Shown: one piece after another, positions 24,189 through 37,590 of the stretch
How the letters are laid out: each line of letters opens with the position of its first letter
How positions within the stretch are numbered: the first letter of the stretch is position 1
Source of the DNA: Octopus vulgaris
Lineage: Eukaryota
Assembly: GCA_951406725.2 (NCBI GenBank)
Contig: OX597818.1
Coordinates: 45,074,001-45,138,000, forward strand
Length of the DNA stretch: 64,000 nt
Reading direction: 5' to 3'
Notes under the pieces: generated by a model
Told to the model about the DNA's origin: nothing
What the model saw: the letters and a program-made list of their open reading frames with translations, nothing else
Database searches by the model: none
Program-made: the position numbers and the translations under genes

Positions 24189-24644
24189 TATGAACATCCA
24201 AATGCACACACACATTCAATATCTCATGATTTTGGAAATAAAAATAATAATAATTTTCTGATTGAAACACCATGCCAGTAGTCATGAATATGTGGTAACA
24301 GCATTCAATGAATTAGTAAATAGATTAGAATTAACACCTCATTGGTTGTCAGAGGGGAAAAACAATATTCATTAGCAAAAGAAAAACACTAAAAACCCCC
24401 GTTAAAAAACTGATGATAACAATGTGTTTGCTAACAACATATAAAACCCTTACATCTATTCGGAATAATATGATGGTTGCTCATTTGAAACATAATATTA
24501 ACTTACCAGAGGAACAGAAGGATGTAAAAAGTATCTATTGATGAACAGGTAGTTACTGAAGACAGCAAGAAGAGAAAACAGAGCTTAGCAAAGCATAAAT
24601 TGATCACTGAAAAGCATCTGATTGCATAGCAGACTCTTCAATAT

Positions 24645-24948
24645 GTGGAGGCACATGGCCTAGAGGTTAGAGCAGCGGACTCGCAGTTGAGGGATCGCGT
24701 GTTCGAATCTCAGACCGGGTGATGTGTGTGTTTATGAGTGAAAACACCTAAGCTCCACGCAGCTCTGGCAGAAGGTAATGGCGAACTTCTGCTGACTCTT
24801 TTGCCACAAGTTTCTCTCACTCTTTCCTCCTGCATCTTGCAGCTCACCTGTGATGGACCGGCGTCCTGTCCAGGTGGGGAACCTATACGCCAAGGAAACT
24901 GGGAAACCGGCCCTTATGAGCCAGGCATGGCTCGAGAAGGAAGGAAAC
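24645..24948 (+). mobile_element. SINE family C with 12-bp TSD
   Basis: TSD actcttcaatat at 24633-24644 and 24949-24960, with A and B boxes. Confidence 0.9.
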
Positions 24949-25149
24949 ACTCTTCAATATTGGAGATGTTACATAAATAAAGCAGTTTCAACACTAAGAC
25001 AGTATATCGATCATGCCATGTTAAAGTAAAATCAAGTGCATCTTTCTAAGGCGATTAAAAATTGATATATAGAAACCCAGTATTCATAATAATAGGTATC
25101 TTTGGAGGAGACTCTTTACCCCACTACTCTTCAACCTAGCTTTGATACC

Positions 25150-25383
25150 TATTTTTTTACTATCCACAAGGAGCTCAACACAGAAGGGACAAACAAGGAC
25201 AGATAAATGGATTAAGTCGATTATATCGACCCCAGTGTGTAACTGGTACTTATTTAATCGACCCCGAAAGGATGAAAGGCAAAGTCGACCTCGGCGGAAT
25301 TTGAACTCAGAATGTAGTGGCAGACGAAATACCACTAAGCATTTCGCCCGGCGTGCTAACGTTTCTGCCAGCTCGCCACCTTC
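25150..25383 (-). mobile_element. SINE family B with 15-bp TSD
   Basis: TSD cctagctttgatacc at 25135-25149 and 25384-25398. Head ggcgagctggcagaaacgttagc, core gtcgactttgcctttcatcctttcggggtcga. Confidence 0.9.
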
Positions 25384-26112
25384 CCTAGCTTTGATACCAT
25401 CAACATATTTGTTGAATGAAACAGATAGTTGCAAATGTCATGGACAAATAAGCCATCTCTTCTGCATGGATGATTTAAAACTATTTAGAAGAAATACGCA
25501 GCTGAGGAACCTTCCAAAAGTTGTGCATGAATTTTGGTGAAATGTCAAATGTTGCAAAGGTATTTTGAGAAGAGAGAAACTATTTAAAACTGAGAAGCTT
25601 AAATTTGATCCATACTCTAAAATCATAGAATTAGAATGGAATCACTGGTATAAGTGCTTAAGAGTAGATTGAATTGATAATATATAATACACAGATATGA
25701 AAGAGAAAATGGGAAAAGACTATTTGAGGAGGGTGAGACTAATATCAAAATGTGAACTCACAGCCAGAAATAAGATAATAGATATGAATATGCTTACAAT
25801 CCCAGCCGTAGTTTACTGTTTCAACATAATAAATTGAATGTTAAGTGAACTGAGAGTTTAGACAGAATCAACAATCTACTTTTTACCTTTTCTATTTGGA
25901 AGGACGTACTGGATAATGCAATTGTAGACACATTATATCTGAAGAAAAAGAGGGGGTGTTTCTGCTTAGGATTTCTTTGACCTTAGATTTCCTCCATTAA
26001 AGCCAACTTGAGATTAAAGCAACAATAACAATATCTCAGATAAGACAGCCTATACAATCTTCATTCCATACTCTACAATATAACGCTGTACGTATCCTAC
26101 ACAAACATCACT

Positions 26113-26312
26113 GGTAGAATCGCTAGCATGCTGAACAAAATGCTTAGTGGCATGTCATCGCTCTTTACATTCTGAGTTCAAATGCTGCCAAGGTCGACTT
26201 TGCCTTTTATCATTTCAGGGTCAATAAAATAAGTACCAGTTGAGTGCTGAAGTCGATGTAAACAACTTACCCACTTACCCGAAATTGCTGGCCTTGTGCC
26301 AAACTTTGAAAC
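26113..26312 (+). mobile_element. SINE family B (older copy)
   Basis: Shares the core ttctgagttcaaat..ggtcgactttgcc..aagtaccagt. Confidence 0.8.
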
Positions 26313-28049
26313 TGATAATATAACATGGCAAAAACACAACACATACACAGCATAATCGCCATCCATTAAAACAACACAATTCATACATTAAAGATTGTGT
26401 ACAACAAACATATAAAACACTATCATAATACCAAAATAAAAAAAAACAAAAAAAAAAAAAAACAAAGTAAATTATATTTAGTAAAACAGTAGAATATGAG
26501 AAATCTAATTATGTTCTAGATTAGCAAAAAATAAAACAAATAATTCAAACCATGAAATAAACTTTATACCTTGAAGAAAAGAAGTCTAATATTTCAGTGT
26601 CATATGCAGTATATATTTATAGGTTAGCTGTTAATGACTCCCCTGGCCATTACCTGAAGTTTCATCGCCACATAAACATGTGCCTAATTATTCAGACATC
26701 CATAGAGATAACCTCCTATTATTACCTTGTTTCTTCATTACTCCTATAGCACCGTGTCTCACATTTCTTCCTCATCCTCTTCCTCCATACTGTTACCCAA
26801 CTCATTTTATTTCCTCTTCATTCTCTCCTTCTCACTAGTTCAGTGTCTGTCATCACTCATTTTAATAGTCAGGTTGTCCCTGGAAGAACAGAAACAACAT
26901 CGAGCAGCAAAGCTCCATTTGCCTTGCAGTAAAAAAACAGCCTTGTTAGTGCTGGTGTAACAATAAAATGCACCCATTACACTTTGTAAAGAGGCTGGAA
27001 AACATGCAGAGACTATGTAGAGCTGGAGGTGCTCATTAGTCTTGTCTTGTCAAGGATAACAATCTCTACAGAGCTACCACCATGAAAAACTGTAGCAAGT
27101 CTACTCAGCAAAGTGTTGGTGTTAGTAAGGGCATCCAGCAGTAGAAACTATGCTAAAGTTTAACGTATGAGCGAGATGTGGTCCATGACTATACCTTAGA
27201 ACAGTAGCTCAGAATAAGAACTCATTTGGACCACATGGAAAATAGGCTAAAACTCTCTCTCTCTCACACACACATACACACATATACAACAATAGGATGC
27301 AAAAATATCAATATTGCATATACTGTAAAATAGGCTATAATGCAAGAAAAGAAAAATACACATTTGACATTTGTGTGTTTTTTATTTTTTTTAATATTTC
27401 AAAGTATAATAAATAAGAATAGATCTAGAAATATCATGTGGTTCAATCCAACATACAGTTTAAATGTCAGAACAGACATAGACTGAAAATATCTTAACAT
27501 AATCGTCTTTCATTTTCCAGTGTATCATTGCTATTATTCAAGAAGATGAATTAACTATTTTTGACAAGAATTTCACTCATTCTCTTAACCATATAATTCA
27601 AAAATATCTCTAATGCCAATTATATTGCTCTGCTTCTTACCAGGAAAAAAGTGCCAGAACACAAATGGAATATATTTAGATTTATTCTATATTTTTATTT
27701 TGTATCTAAAATCAAAACTCTTGGAATATACAGTTTTAAAGAAAGTGTATAATTGATATTTTGTATCTAAACTTAGAACTCAAGAAAAATGCAATTCTAA
27801 AAGAAGTACATACTTATAATCTTGTATTCATAGACAAAACACCAGGAAAATACAGTTTTAAAGGAAATATATAACAGTTATTTTGTATTTAAAATAAAAA
27901 TCAATGAGAACGTGTTTACAGTAAGCTCATAAATTTGTATTTAAAATCAAAATTAGCACAAACAAAACAAAAAAAAAGTGTTATTTAATTATTGTATATT
28001 TTAAGCATAAAATGGAACAAAACCAAACAAAATGAAACTATGCAATAAC

Positions 28050-29900
28050 TCCATCATCGTCTTTCTTATAGGCTTCATTTTTGTTAAGTAATTATCTATT
28101 ACTTTATCATAATCCATCTCAGCTGCCAACTGTCGGAAAGCAAAACTAAAGTCTCAGACAATCTCTCATCAGCCATTGTATAACGAAGGTATGAATCTAT
28201 GAGCTTAAACTAGGTAAAGGATCGTTCTGTAATCATGCTTGTTGTTGGCAACGTTAGAAAAATGTGGACAGGTTAAGATAAATGAAATGCATCATTAGCA
28301 GTTGTGAATTTAAGTGCACACTTGATGATCAAGTTCTACACGTGAATTCTTCAAACTGCCAGTGTTTATCTCATTGTATGTATCTTTGAAAGAAAAATAC
28401 TCTTATATGATTTCAATTTGACTGTGGATAATGTCTGATAAATTTTTTAATTTGTTTTCATTATCTTCCTTGCCAAAATGTTTTTAATCTGAGTCACCTA
28501 AATTTAGAAGATACGTTTTTTTAAATCTTCAAAACTTTTACTTGTGCTAAATAGAATTCAACTATGAATTCATTTCAGGTACCAAATATACCTATTTCTT
28601 TACTACCCACAAGGGGCTAAACACAGAGAGGACAAACAAAGACAGACAAATGGATTAAGTCAATTATATCGACCCCAGTTCGTAACTGGTACTTAGTTTA
28701 TCAACCCCGAAAGGATGAAAGGCAAAGTCGACCTCGGCGGAATTTGAACTCAGAACGTAGCAGCAGACGAAATACCGCTAGGCATTTCACCTGGTGTGCT
28801 AATGTTTCTGCCAGCTCGCCGCCAGGTACTAAATATACCTTCATCATTTGAACATGACAAAAGTATTTTACAAAAAAATTTATTTGAAGCAATGATCTTT
28901 TATTCTTGGCCTTTGGTTATCAACGAAGAAGTTATGTAATTAATCATTGCCCTATATTACATAAAATATTTCATTAGCTTACGCACATACTTACACACAC
29001 GCACACATACATACATGTGTGTGTGTGCATGCGAGTGTGTGTAAGTGCATTTTACATCCATTAATTTCAAATATCAGTAATAGCGTCACTATGTATAAAC
29101 TTATATATATCCGAAATTGTAACTTAAGATGTGAAAAAGTTTAAATGAAATGTTACAGGATCATGCATCAAAGAGAATGTTATGATATCACTGTTCTAGT
29201 TTTCCAGATATCAACAGCCACCAATGCGCCACAGGAGAATGAATATACAGGTCAAAACATTAAGAGGTTTGTTGAATAAGTAATGAGTTCGGAAATCCTT
29301 CTAAGGCCATGTAATAAAGTAGAAAATACTGATATAGAATTAGATTGCTGAATAGAACTAAAGAGTTGAAAATTGTTAAAACAGCATTACCATCAACGAA
29401 TATGCTGAGAAAATTGATCATTCTCTTTACAGCTATGACACTGCTTCCTACATGATTTTATAAATGTCCTCTTATTGACAAATGCCTGGTGAAAATTTTG
29501 GTTTCTTGTCCAAAAGTGCAGGTGGACAATAACAACGTACTTAAATCTAATTCTGAATCAATGGAAAATAAATTCAGGGTGCATTTTCATTAGTATACAC
29601 ATCCATTTAATGAAAAATGTTCTCTGCAATTTGCCCAAGTTTGTTTGGTTCTTGAAGGAATCCACTCTGGCTGCATTCAAAATACATTGGCGTATCGTAG
29701 AGCATGCTACACTATGTCACTCCATTCAAGCTTGCATTACAGCCAGTGATTAATGAAAAAGACAATTCCAAGATTTACACTTGTGAAATTAAGCTAAAAA
29801 GTCTTAGTATTTTTAAATTCTTGCATGCCGGAAGAGAGTTATATAGTTCAGGTATTGCTGAATAACATTTAACCACTTAACACATAATATTGTTGACTTT
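28050..29900 (-). pseudogene. Degenerate hAT transposase
   Basis: Minus strand 28080-28260 translates to FLTLPTTSMITERSFT*FKLIDSYLRYTMADERLS..QLAAEMDYDKVIDNY, the hAT C-terminal dimerization signature. The upstream extent is approximate. Confidence 0.7.
28594..28822 (-). mobile_element. SINE family B with ~18-bp TSD
   Basis: caggtaccaaatatacct (28576-28593) and caggtactaaatatacct (28823-28840). Confidence 0.9.
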
Positions 29901-30464
29901 CGATACTATTCAAGTTTCACTATTCATTGATAAGCATAACATATTTTACACAAATGATTGTGAATTATTGTGCATTTGTAGAGATTCAGACCCCAACTGA
30001 AAGAGATTCAGCTATAGATCATGTATGAGCCACCACAGTTTCATGTAATTGATCTATAAATCGATTGATCAGCTCAAAGTAGTGGCATGATATGATTCCT
30101 CGGATAATCTAAAATTCGTTCCTTTTTCACCCTATAAAACTGTTTGGCACCTAATTCAGTCAGACAGCCTCAGACATTTGCGTAGTCCACGATGGACACT
30201 TACAGAAGGCAGACTGCTAAAACCAGACCATCTCAGGCATTCGGACACACCACCTTGAGCATGAAACTATTTCGGACACTCGTGATGTACCACAGCTAGC
30301 CTTCCACAAGACACAACGTAGTTCGCTCTTCCCAGTTGGTGCTTATAATATCAGTATCTTTCTTTTGTAAGCAAACCAACACAGTAAATCATGTCCAGCA
30401 ATAAATGTGTTAACAATTAAAAGATCATGAGTTGTTTCATAAAAAAAAACAACCCATTTTTTTG

Positions 30465-30680
30465 TGGCCATTGCCAGTACCACCTAACTGGCCCTCATGC
30501 CGGTGGCACGTAAAAGCACCCACTACACTCTTGGAGTATTAGGCGTTGGGAAGGGCATCCAGCTGTAGAAACTTTGCCATATCAAGATTGGAGCCTGATG
30601 CAACCATCTAGTTCACCAGTCCTCAGTCAAATCGTCCAACCCATGCTAGTATGGAAAGTGGATGTTAAATGATGATGATG
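30465..30680 (+). mobile_element. RTE 3'-tail fragment
   Basis: aaagcacccactacactc...ggatgttaaa(tga)n. Confidence 0.85.
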
Positions 30681-31524
30681 TAGCCAGCTTGATGATCGTC
30701 TTCAACAATACAACATACACCAACAAGCAACCACCATGACATTCGTGGCATGTTCATCTAATGATTCACCAATTACATCAACAAGTACAATGAAGTATGC
30801 TTCGCTAATGAGGTCATAATAATACCAAAACAAGTCTAGAGTGGTGTTCATTTCTTACCAACAGAACCAAAACAACACTGATTTTCTTTTTTCCTTACTA
30901 CATAATTATTTCTAGTTTGCTTTTTGATGTGTCTTACATTAAATATGTTAACAGTAACTCGAAGTAGCCGATCTGTCAACTACTGTGTCACTAATCATCC
31001 AAGTAACCTAACAAAAGACTAAACCAACTGACTAACCAAGATGAAAGGCAAAGTGGTTACAAAAATACAGCTATAATGAAGAACAGATAAGGAACACAGA
31101 AAGTCCTCTTTAAATGACTCAGCCAGACATGTTAATAAGAGAGAAAGGTGAAACGCAGTTGGTTGGTATATGAACGGGTATAATTAGTATATTGGTTTGT
31201 ATATTTAGCTGAAATCTAGTATATTGGTTAGTATAATTAATATACCAAACAATATAGAAGGAACTAAAAATGGTAGAAAAACCTCTACTTTGAGAAATTA
31301 CTATAGCTAACTGTGTGAAGGATTTGTATTATGTTTCACTGGGAGTAACTTACATATTAAAAAAATATGGTTGTGTGCCAAACAGTATATTGCTTTCAAC
31401 TAACAGCCACCTAAAAAAAAAATCTTCACAAGACTACTTACTTCATATGTGTGTGTGTGTGTGTGAACATATGCATGTGTGAATATTTATACCGGCATAC
31501 ATTTATGCATGTGTCTTTCACTCT

Positions 31525-31544
31525 CTCTATATATATATACATAC

Positions 31545-31599
<55 letters not shown>

Positions 31600-31660
31600 T
31601 ATGTATATGTATATATATATGTATATATATGTATATATGTATGTATATATATATGTTGTG

Positions 31661-31757
<97 letters not shown>

Positions 31758-31766
31758 GTATGTGTG

Positions 31767-31799
<33 letters not shown>

Positions 31800-31805
31800 A
31801 TGTAT
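31525..31805. repeat. Compound (TA)/(TG) microsatellite
   Basis: Directly visible. Confidence 0.95.
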
Positions 31806-32737
31806 ACTCTCATAAATAATACCTACACACACGCACACATCCTTGAATCTTTGAAGCTGCCCTCAACCATCCCAATGTTGTTTTTCGCTTCAGTTTTTTC
31901 ATTCTTGTAAACGGAGATAACATCCACCCCACATATTAATGATTTGCTGTTGCGAGATTGGTTAAGTAGGCATGTTTCCTTGTTTTTATGCGTGCACGCA
32001 TCACCTTAGGTGTTACTTACTTCAGTACTAGTATGTTTTGCATGTCAGGACTACACCGGCAGGTTGCTTTTAAGTAGTTTTTAATTTAACAAATTGATCC
32101 TATGGCAGTGCTGACTAATGGGAAGCGGCGTTGTTTTTTAATGTTAAGAACCTTTTAGCTATATTTCTATTTATGTTTCATGAAAAGACAAAGACAGGGT
32201 AAGCAGATGGCATTGCGAAATGCTATCAGATAAGAAACTGGATCAAATTGACCTTCTGAAGACTCCTTTCTCACAGAAGTAAATTCTGTTGTGTCTGGGA
32301 AGAGTCATTTTCTTTTTGTGCCTTATTATTTAACACACTCACCGGTAAAATTTCCACAGACACAACAAAATATGCTTCAACACACGAACTCATATAAAGA
32401 ATCTTGCAAACCAAATCCAAAAACGAAATATAAACTTTTAAATTTACATCATTACCATTCTTTTATATTCTTTTATTCTTTTTAGCCATTTGACTGCAGA
32501 CATGCTGGAGCACTGCATTTAGTCGAACAAATCGACCCCAGAACTTAGTGCCAGTTACTACCAAATCACGCCACATGTTACCAATTGCTTGTTTAACTTT
32601 CATTTTAAATTGGGGCAGTCCATTTTACTCTATTCACCATCTTATGTGTATTAAAGTTAGAAAGATTGCCACACATATCTAGCATAGATTCTTTTTTATA
32701 TTTTTTAAGTAAATGTTTTATGTTAGCTACTTAGAGT

Positions 32738-33052
32738 CAGTGGTGGACTGGCCAGGTTGTCAGTTTGCCCGATGGCAAGTGGGTCCCTGCACCATTAGAA
32801 TCCATATATGGAGGCTCATGTTAGTATCTAAGGGGCCCACCCCTCAAGTGTGAGAATTTTTTATTCACTCCTGGAAGAATGCATTAATTATTTCAGCCTG
32901 GTTGTGTTTGTAGACAGTTGAAAAGAATACTTTTAACAAAAAGAAAAATTAAATGATAACATTGTAGTTGTGTGTGGGGGGGCCCCTTGTAGTTGCAGTT
33001 GGGCTCCCTTAGCCTCCCAGCAGCCAATATTTTTAGACCCAGTCTGCCACTG
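32738..33052. mobile_element. hAT-type MITE
   Basis: TIRs cagtggtggactgg / ccagtctgccactg and GGGCCC-rich subterminal motifs. The TSD is eroded. Confidence 0.7.
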
Positions 33053-33177
33053 GTTGGAATTAACCACTGTCGATTAAGCTAATTGATACAAATGTTAATA
33101 AATACAACTGAAGTAATGTAAGCTTCTAACTGTGCCCCTGACAGGCATATTTAAGTTTATGGTTAAATTATCTAACT

Positions 33178-33312
33178 TTGGCTCAAAGCCAGCAATTTTA
33201 AGAGGATAAGGCCAGCCGATTACATTGGCCCCAGGCCTTGGTTGATCATTACTTTATCAAAACTGAAAGGGAGAAAGGTAAAGTTGACCACGGTGGAATT
33301 TGAAATCAGAAC
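33178..33312 (-). mobile_element. SINE family B fragment (old)
   Basis: gaaaggtaaagttgaccacggtggaatttgaaatcagaac core. Confidence 0.7.
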
Positions 33313-33946
33313 ATGATGATGATGATGATGATGATACATCAGGCAATGAAATTCACACATTCATGAAGTACCATCCTTCAAAATTTTCCAGTTGGTAAAA
33401 CTCTTGATTGGTGACTTTCCAAATGACATGCTTTATTCTAGTTTGTATTGAGTTTTCATTCCCTATCTCATGAAGTTTATATTACAGTATATGTATGTGT
33501 TTTGTATATCAAAAAACAAAACGAATATCTGTCCACCCAACCTCAAGAGGCATGCTCTATATCCAGTATTTGCACCATATATAATGTATACTTCTATATA
33601 TTTTACAACCCTTATATTATGTGTGAGTGTGTCCGTGTGTGTGTATAAGTATGTATGTGTATATGTATAATGAATGGGTGAATGAATGAAAAAGAACAGA
33701 AAGTGCATTATTATTCTATTTACCATACAGTTGTTTCTGCTATAAGACGTTGCATGAGTATTCATCTCCGGGTGCATTCTTATAATAAAAACAGTTGCAA
33801 ACAAATAAAGGGGATCACATAACTTCCATTTTTTCCCCTCATTCTTTAATTGATATTACGTCCTGTACTGAGCTGGTGGCTTACTGTAAAGTATATGTAT
33901 ATTGAGTTCTAACAATTGTTTATAAGTATCACTATGCCTAAGCAGA

Positions 33947-34119
<173 letters not shown>

Positions 34120-34199
34120 ACATACACACACACTACTGACTCTTTTAGATATACATTTCCCAGTGAATGATAATTAAATGAAGATTTCCTACAGAGGTT

Positions 34200-34430
34200 G
34201 TACTAAAATCATCAACATCTATTCTTCCAATATATGAAAACACACACCATCAACAAACCATCGAAATGTGGTACTTTTGTTGTTCAAAAAGGAAGACTAA
34301 ACTTGTCTTTTACACCAGATATACAACATGGTTGTCTAAGAAGCTGAAGTTCACATCAACCAGTTGAAAAGAAGCATTATATAGGTATGGCTGAAGGTAA
34401 ATTTAAGTATCATCACCAGTTACATTGAGG
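34200..34430 (+). pseudogene. Possible Penelope GIY-YIG endonuclease remnant
   Basis: ~34340-34410 reads EAEVHINQL, then across a frameshift KKHYIGMAEGKFK, resembling the YIG..E..FK segment of Penelope endonucleases. Confidence 0.45.
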
Positions 34431-35701
34431 GACAGATTTCCACAGGTTCAACCAGTCATAACTGGAATGTTCAAAGTGGGTTTAGATGGAGAATTCTCTA
34501 CTAATCCAACTGCATACCAAGGAGGAAGACATTTATATTAGAAAGACTGAAAGATATGCCAACTGCTTGAACAGTATAGGAGATTTCTTTATTTAGTGCT
34601 CACATACTGACAAATATGGCTCACAGTATCCGCCTACACTTGAATACTACTTACCCTGAGGATAACACTTCCTCTGGAGGTACACTCATCACTCTCTTTC
34701 AATAAAGATATTTGGATTGCACACCCTAAATATTCTAGAATAATCTCTTAGAATAATTTTCATGGAATTCATAGAGATTAGGTCCAATAGTCATTTTATA
34801 AGTATATTGGGTATATAATTGAATTGATTTGAATATCTTACCAATATCTATTTTATAGTGGTTGGAGGATCAATGATAGAAATATTTCAATTCACAAGCA
34901 TGAAGTGCCATACTAACTACCACTAAAAACTTGTTTAGCTCTCTCATTGTTGCATATTCTTATATTTTTTTGAATTTTTATGTACAAATTCAGAAGACTG
35001 AAAACTATAAACTGCATAATCAATGCGTTTGAAATTCTGTAATTTCAATTTGTTATCTTCTTGATATTTTCTTGTTTCTTGTTTCTTTTTTCCTTAAATC
35101 CTTTCAACCTTTTTAAAATAGTTATATGTATATATTTTTTTTAACTTTCAAAAATATCTCAGTGACAAGTGACAGGGAGAAATAAAGCTGTCAATGTTTT
35201 CCCAGCAAAATATTAGTTTATTTCCTTCTGTTAATATTTAGACATGTCCATGTCATATTCAGTATGTGAGGTGGTATACGTGTTTACATGGTGTGTGTGT
35301 GTGAGAGAGAGAGAGAATCAGAGAAGAGATAGACAGAAAGAGAGAGAGAGAGAGAGAGAATAGATAGACAGAGAGAGAAAGAGAAAGCGATGTAATTGAA
35401 AGAGAAAAGAGAAAAGAAACAAGGCTCATATCCATGATAGCATTTGATTAAGATATTAAAAACAAAATATACTTTCTTTCTTTATTCTTTGTTTCAATGA
35501 TTTTAATTTGTTCATATTCAAAGGAAATATTCAACATATTCTTATTTTCTAAGTACTGTCTCCAAGAATAATAGAAAATGACATTTTAAGCTATTTACCA
35601 ATTTAATGATAGATTCAACAGTAAAAGATAAGCAAGGGAGGAAATACATGGTGTCTTCAAAGCAATACTTTTCCAAATACCCCAGTTCCACATTAAAGAC
35701 A

Positions 35702-36075
35702 ACGACTGCTGTTTGAGTGGTTATTCAAATAAACCTTTAAGAAAATTTTGTTGTTTTTGTAAAATCTCAGAAAATAATTAAAAAATCACACTTTTTATCA
35801 AATTATTTTGTTATATTTGTCTATCTATCCAACTGTAAACATTTTAAATATTTCACTAACTTTTGGTAAAAGGGTACATATTTTGCCAAAAATTGCCAAA
35901 TTTGTTCCCACAGTCTTCTTTATCCACAACCAGAATCGTAAACTTTCTCTTGAAAATATTTCAAACTATTCAAAGTTGAGAGTTTGACAGAGACAGATTT
36001 GGGAAGAAATATACAGTGTTTCAAATATACGACTGCTGTTTGAGTGGTTATTCAAATAAACCTGTAAGAAAATTT
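35702..36075. repeat. 47-bp direct repeat pair (35702-35748 and 36029-36075)
   Basis: acgactgctgtttgagtggttattcaaataaacct(t/g)taagaaaattt occurs twice. Confidence 0.9.
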
Positions 36076-36301
36076 AGCAACTTCAAATACTGAGAAAATA
36101 TGGTTAATTTGTAGGAACCAGAATTTGCAATGCAGCCTTCACACATGTCATCAATATTGCCCCGGAAAGCAACTCTCTGATATATAAACATGGTTTCATA
36201 TTTTTAGGGATTTACAGAGATGCAAAAGTGTTTGCTTAAGTAGTTCATGCATTTCTCCAGTTCTTTTGTAATGTATTTCGTAATTGATATCCTGAGTCTC
36301 C

Positions 36302-36637
36302 TGAGACCCCCTTCAGTCATGACTGACCATGGGATTGCACCTAGAAAGTTACCCTCCCAGGCACAAGTCCGGGAAAGGTTGTTTATGGAAGACCCGCAGT
36401 CGCCCATGTATACCAACTTCCCCTCTCCACACCACTGATGTTATCCAAGGGAAAGGCAACAGGCGATACAGCTTCGCACCTGTGATGTGGCAACTCATTT
36501 CTACAGCTGAGTGAACTGGAGCAACGTGAAATAAAGTGTCTTGCTCAAGAACACATCATGCAGCCCGGTCCAGGATTTGAGCTCACAACCTCACAATCCT
36601 AAGCTCGACACTCTAACCACTGTGCCATGCGCCTTCA
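36302..36637 (-). mobile_element. tRNA-derived SINE (family C-like head, distinct tail)
   Basis: Head gaaggcgcatggcacagtggttagag. The tail is shared with 44738-44937. Confidence 0.85.
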
Positions 36638-37119
36638 CAGTAATTGATATAACACTGGGAAATTTAAATATATTGACTTCTAGAAACTGGTTGTAAGTAT
36701 TGCTTTGGCTAAGCAGAATATATGAATGTATGATATTCATGAATTTGTTTTGCAATATTAGGATACACATCATAGAAAGAATGGAATAAAAAGAGCAGGA
36801 GGACACACATGGGATAGAAGAGTCACTGAAGAGGTCACAGGTGTATGATGAAATATTTCCAGACAATGGACATAAGATAAAATAAGAACAATAATAAATG
36901 AGTGAAGAACAAATATAAAGGGCATGTGTTCATTTGGCAAGGAAAAAAAAATCAATCATCCTGAAATATAACAATATTTAAGATTTATTTTGTAAATAAT
37001 ATTTGTAATTTGCAACTTTCCCAAAGATCCCATTCACCTACAGGCAAAACTCAGATTAGTAAGAGACTGACTCAAACAAAATGAATATACTCCTATAGTA
37101 GTGAATACTCTTTCTTCCA

Positions 37120-37590
37120 ACATCATTCATCATTGTTTGACCGTGGTCGAGACAATGAAATTTACTATGTTACGCCAGACTTCACGGTCCATCATAGCAT
37201 TATGGAGGTCCTGTTGCTGGATGCCTGTATCTCTGGAGATTACATCAGGATAGGAGAGTGTGTGCTCGCTGGTATCATGAGCAGATGGCTTCCAAAGGAG
37301 AAGAGTAGAAATTACCTCTTTTTCAGCTCTACAACAATGTCCAGCAAACTGGACTCTTCTACCTTTCACAAGAGATAATACAGGTGGTAGTTTCTCATAT
37401 ATTTGTACTTTGGTTGGATGACACTTCCATGAGAGATTTTGAGCTCTCATAAGGAGGCGAGTGTAAGTTCCATCCAACCACCTCTCAAGCTTCTTTGATA
37501 ACGTCCAGGTTTCTGAGCCATATAGTAGAATTGGTTCAACTGTGGCTTTGAAGATTTTAAGTTTGAAATATCTACTTAGATTTCTACTTC
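37120..37590 (-). pseudogene. 5'-truncated RTE-type LINE, RT C-terminus (a different family)
   Basis: KLKIFKATVEPILLYGSETWTL...RRVQFAGHC...MMDREVWR. Confidence 0.85.

Larger units (their letters stand above)
24255..25870 (+). pseudogene. Degenerate Dong/R4-clade LINE reverse transcriptase relic, interrupted by two SINEs
   Basis: Fragments PHWLSEG, MCLLTTYKTLTSI, LPEEQK, GIFGGDSLPPLLFNLAL, ISHLFCMDDLKLF and YKCLRV occur in the order expected for R4/Dong RTs, with many stops and frameshifts. Confidence 0.75.

Noticed and set aside
24645-24720. tRNA genes at SINE heads (also 9630, 44430, 53880)
   Set aside because: A and B boxes are present, but I see no complete cloverleaf. The heads continue into SINE bodies, several with TSDs.
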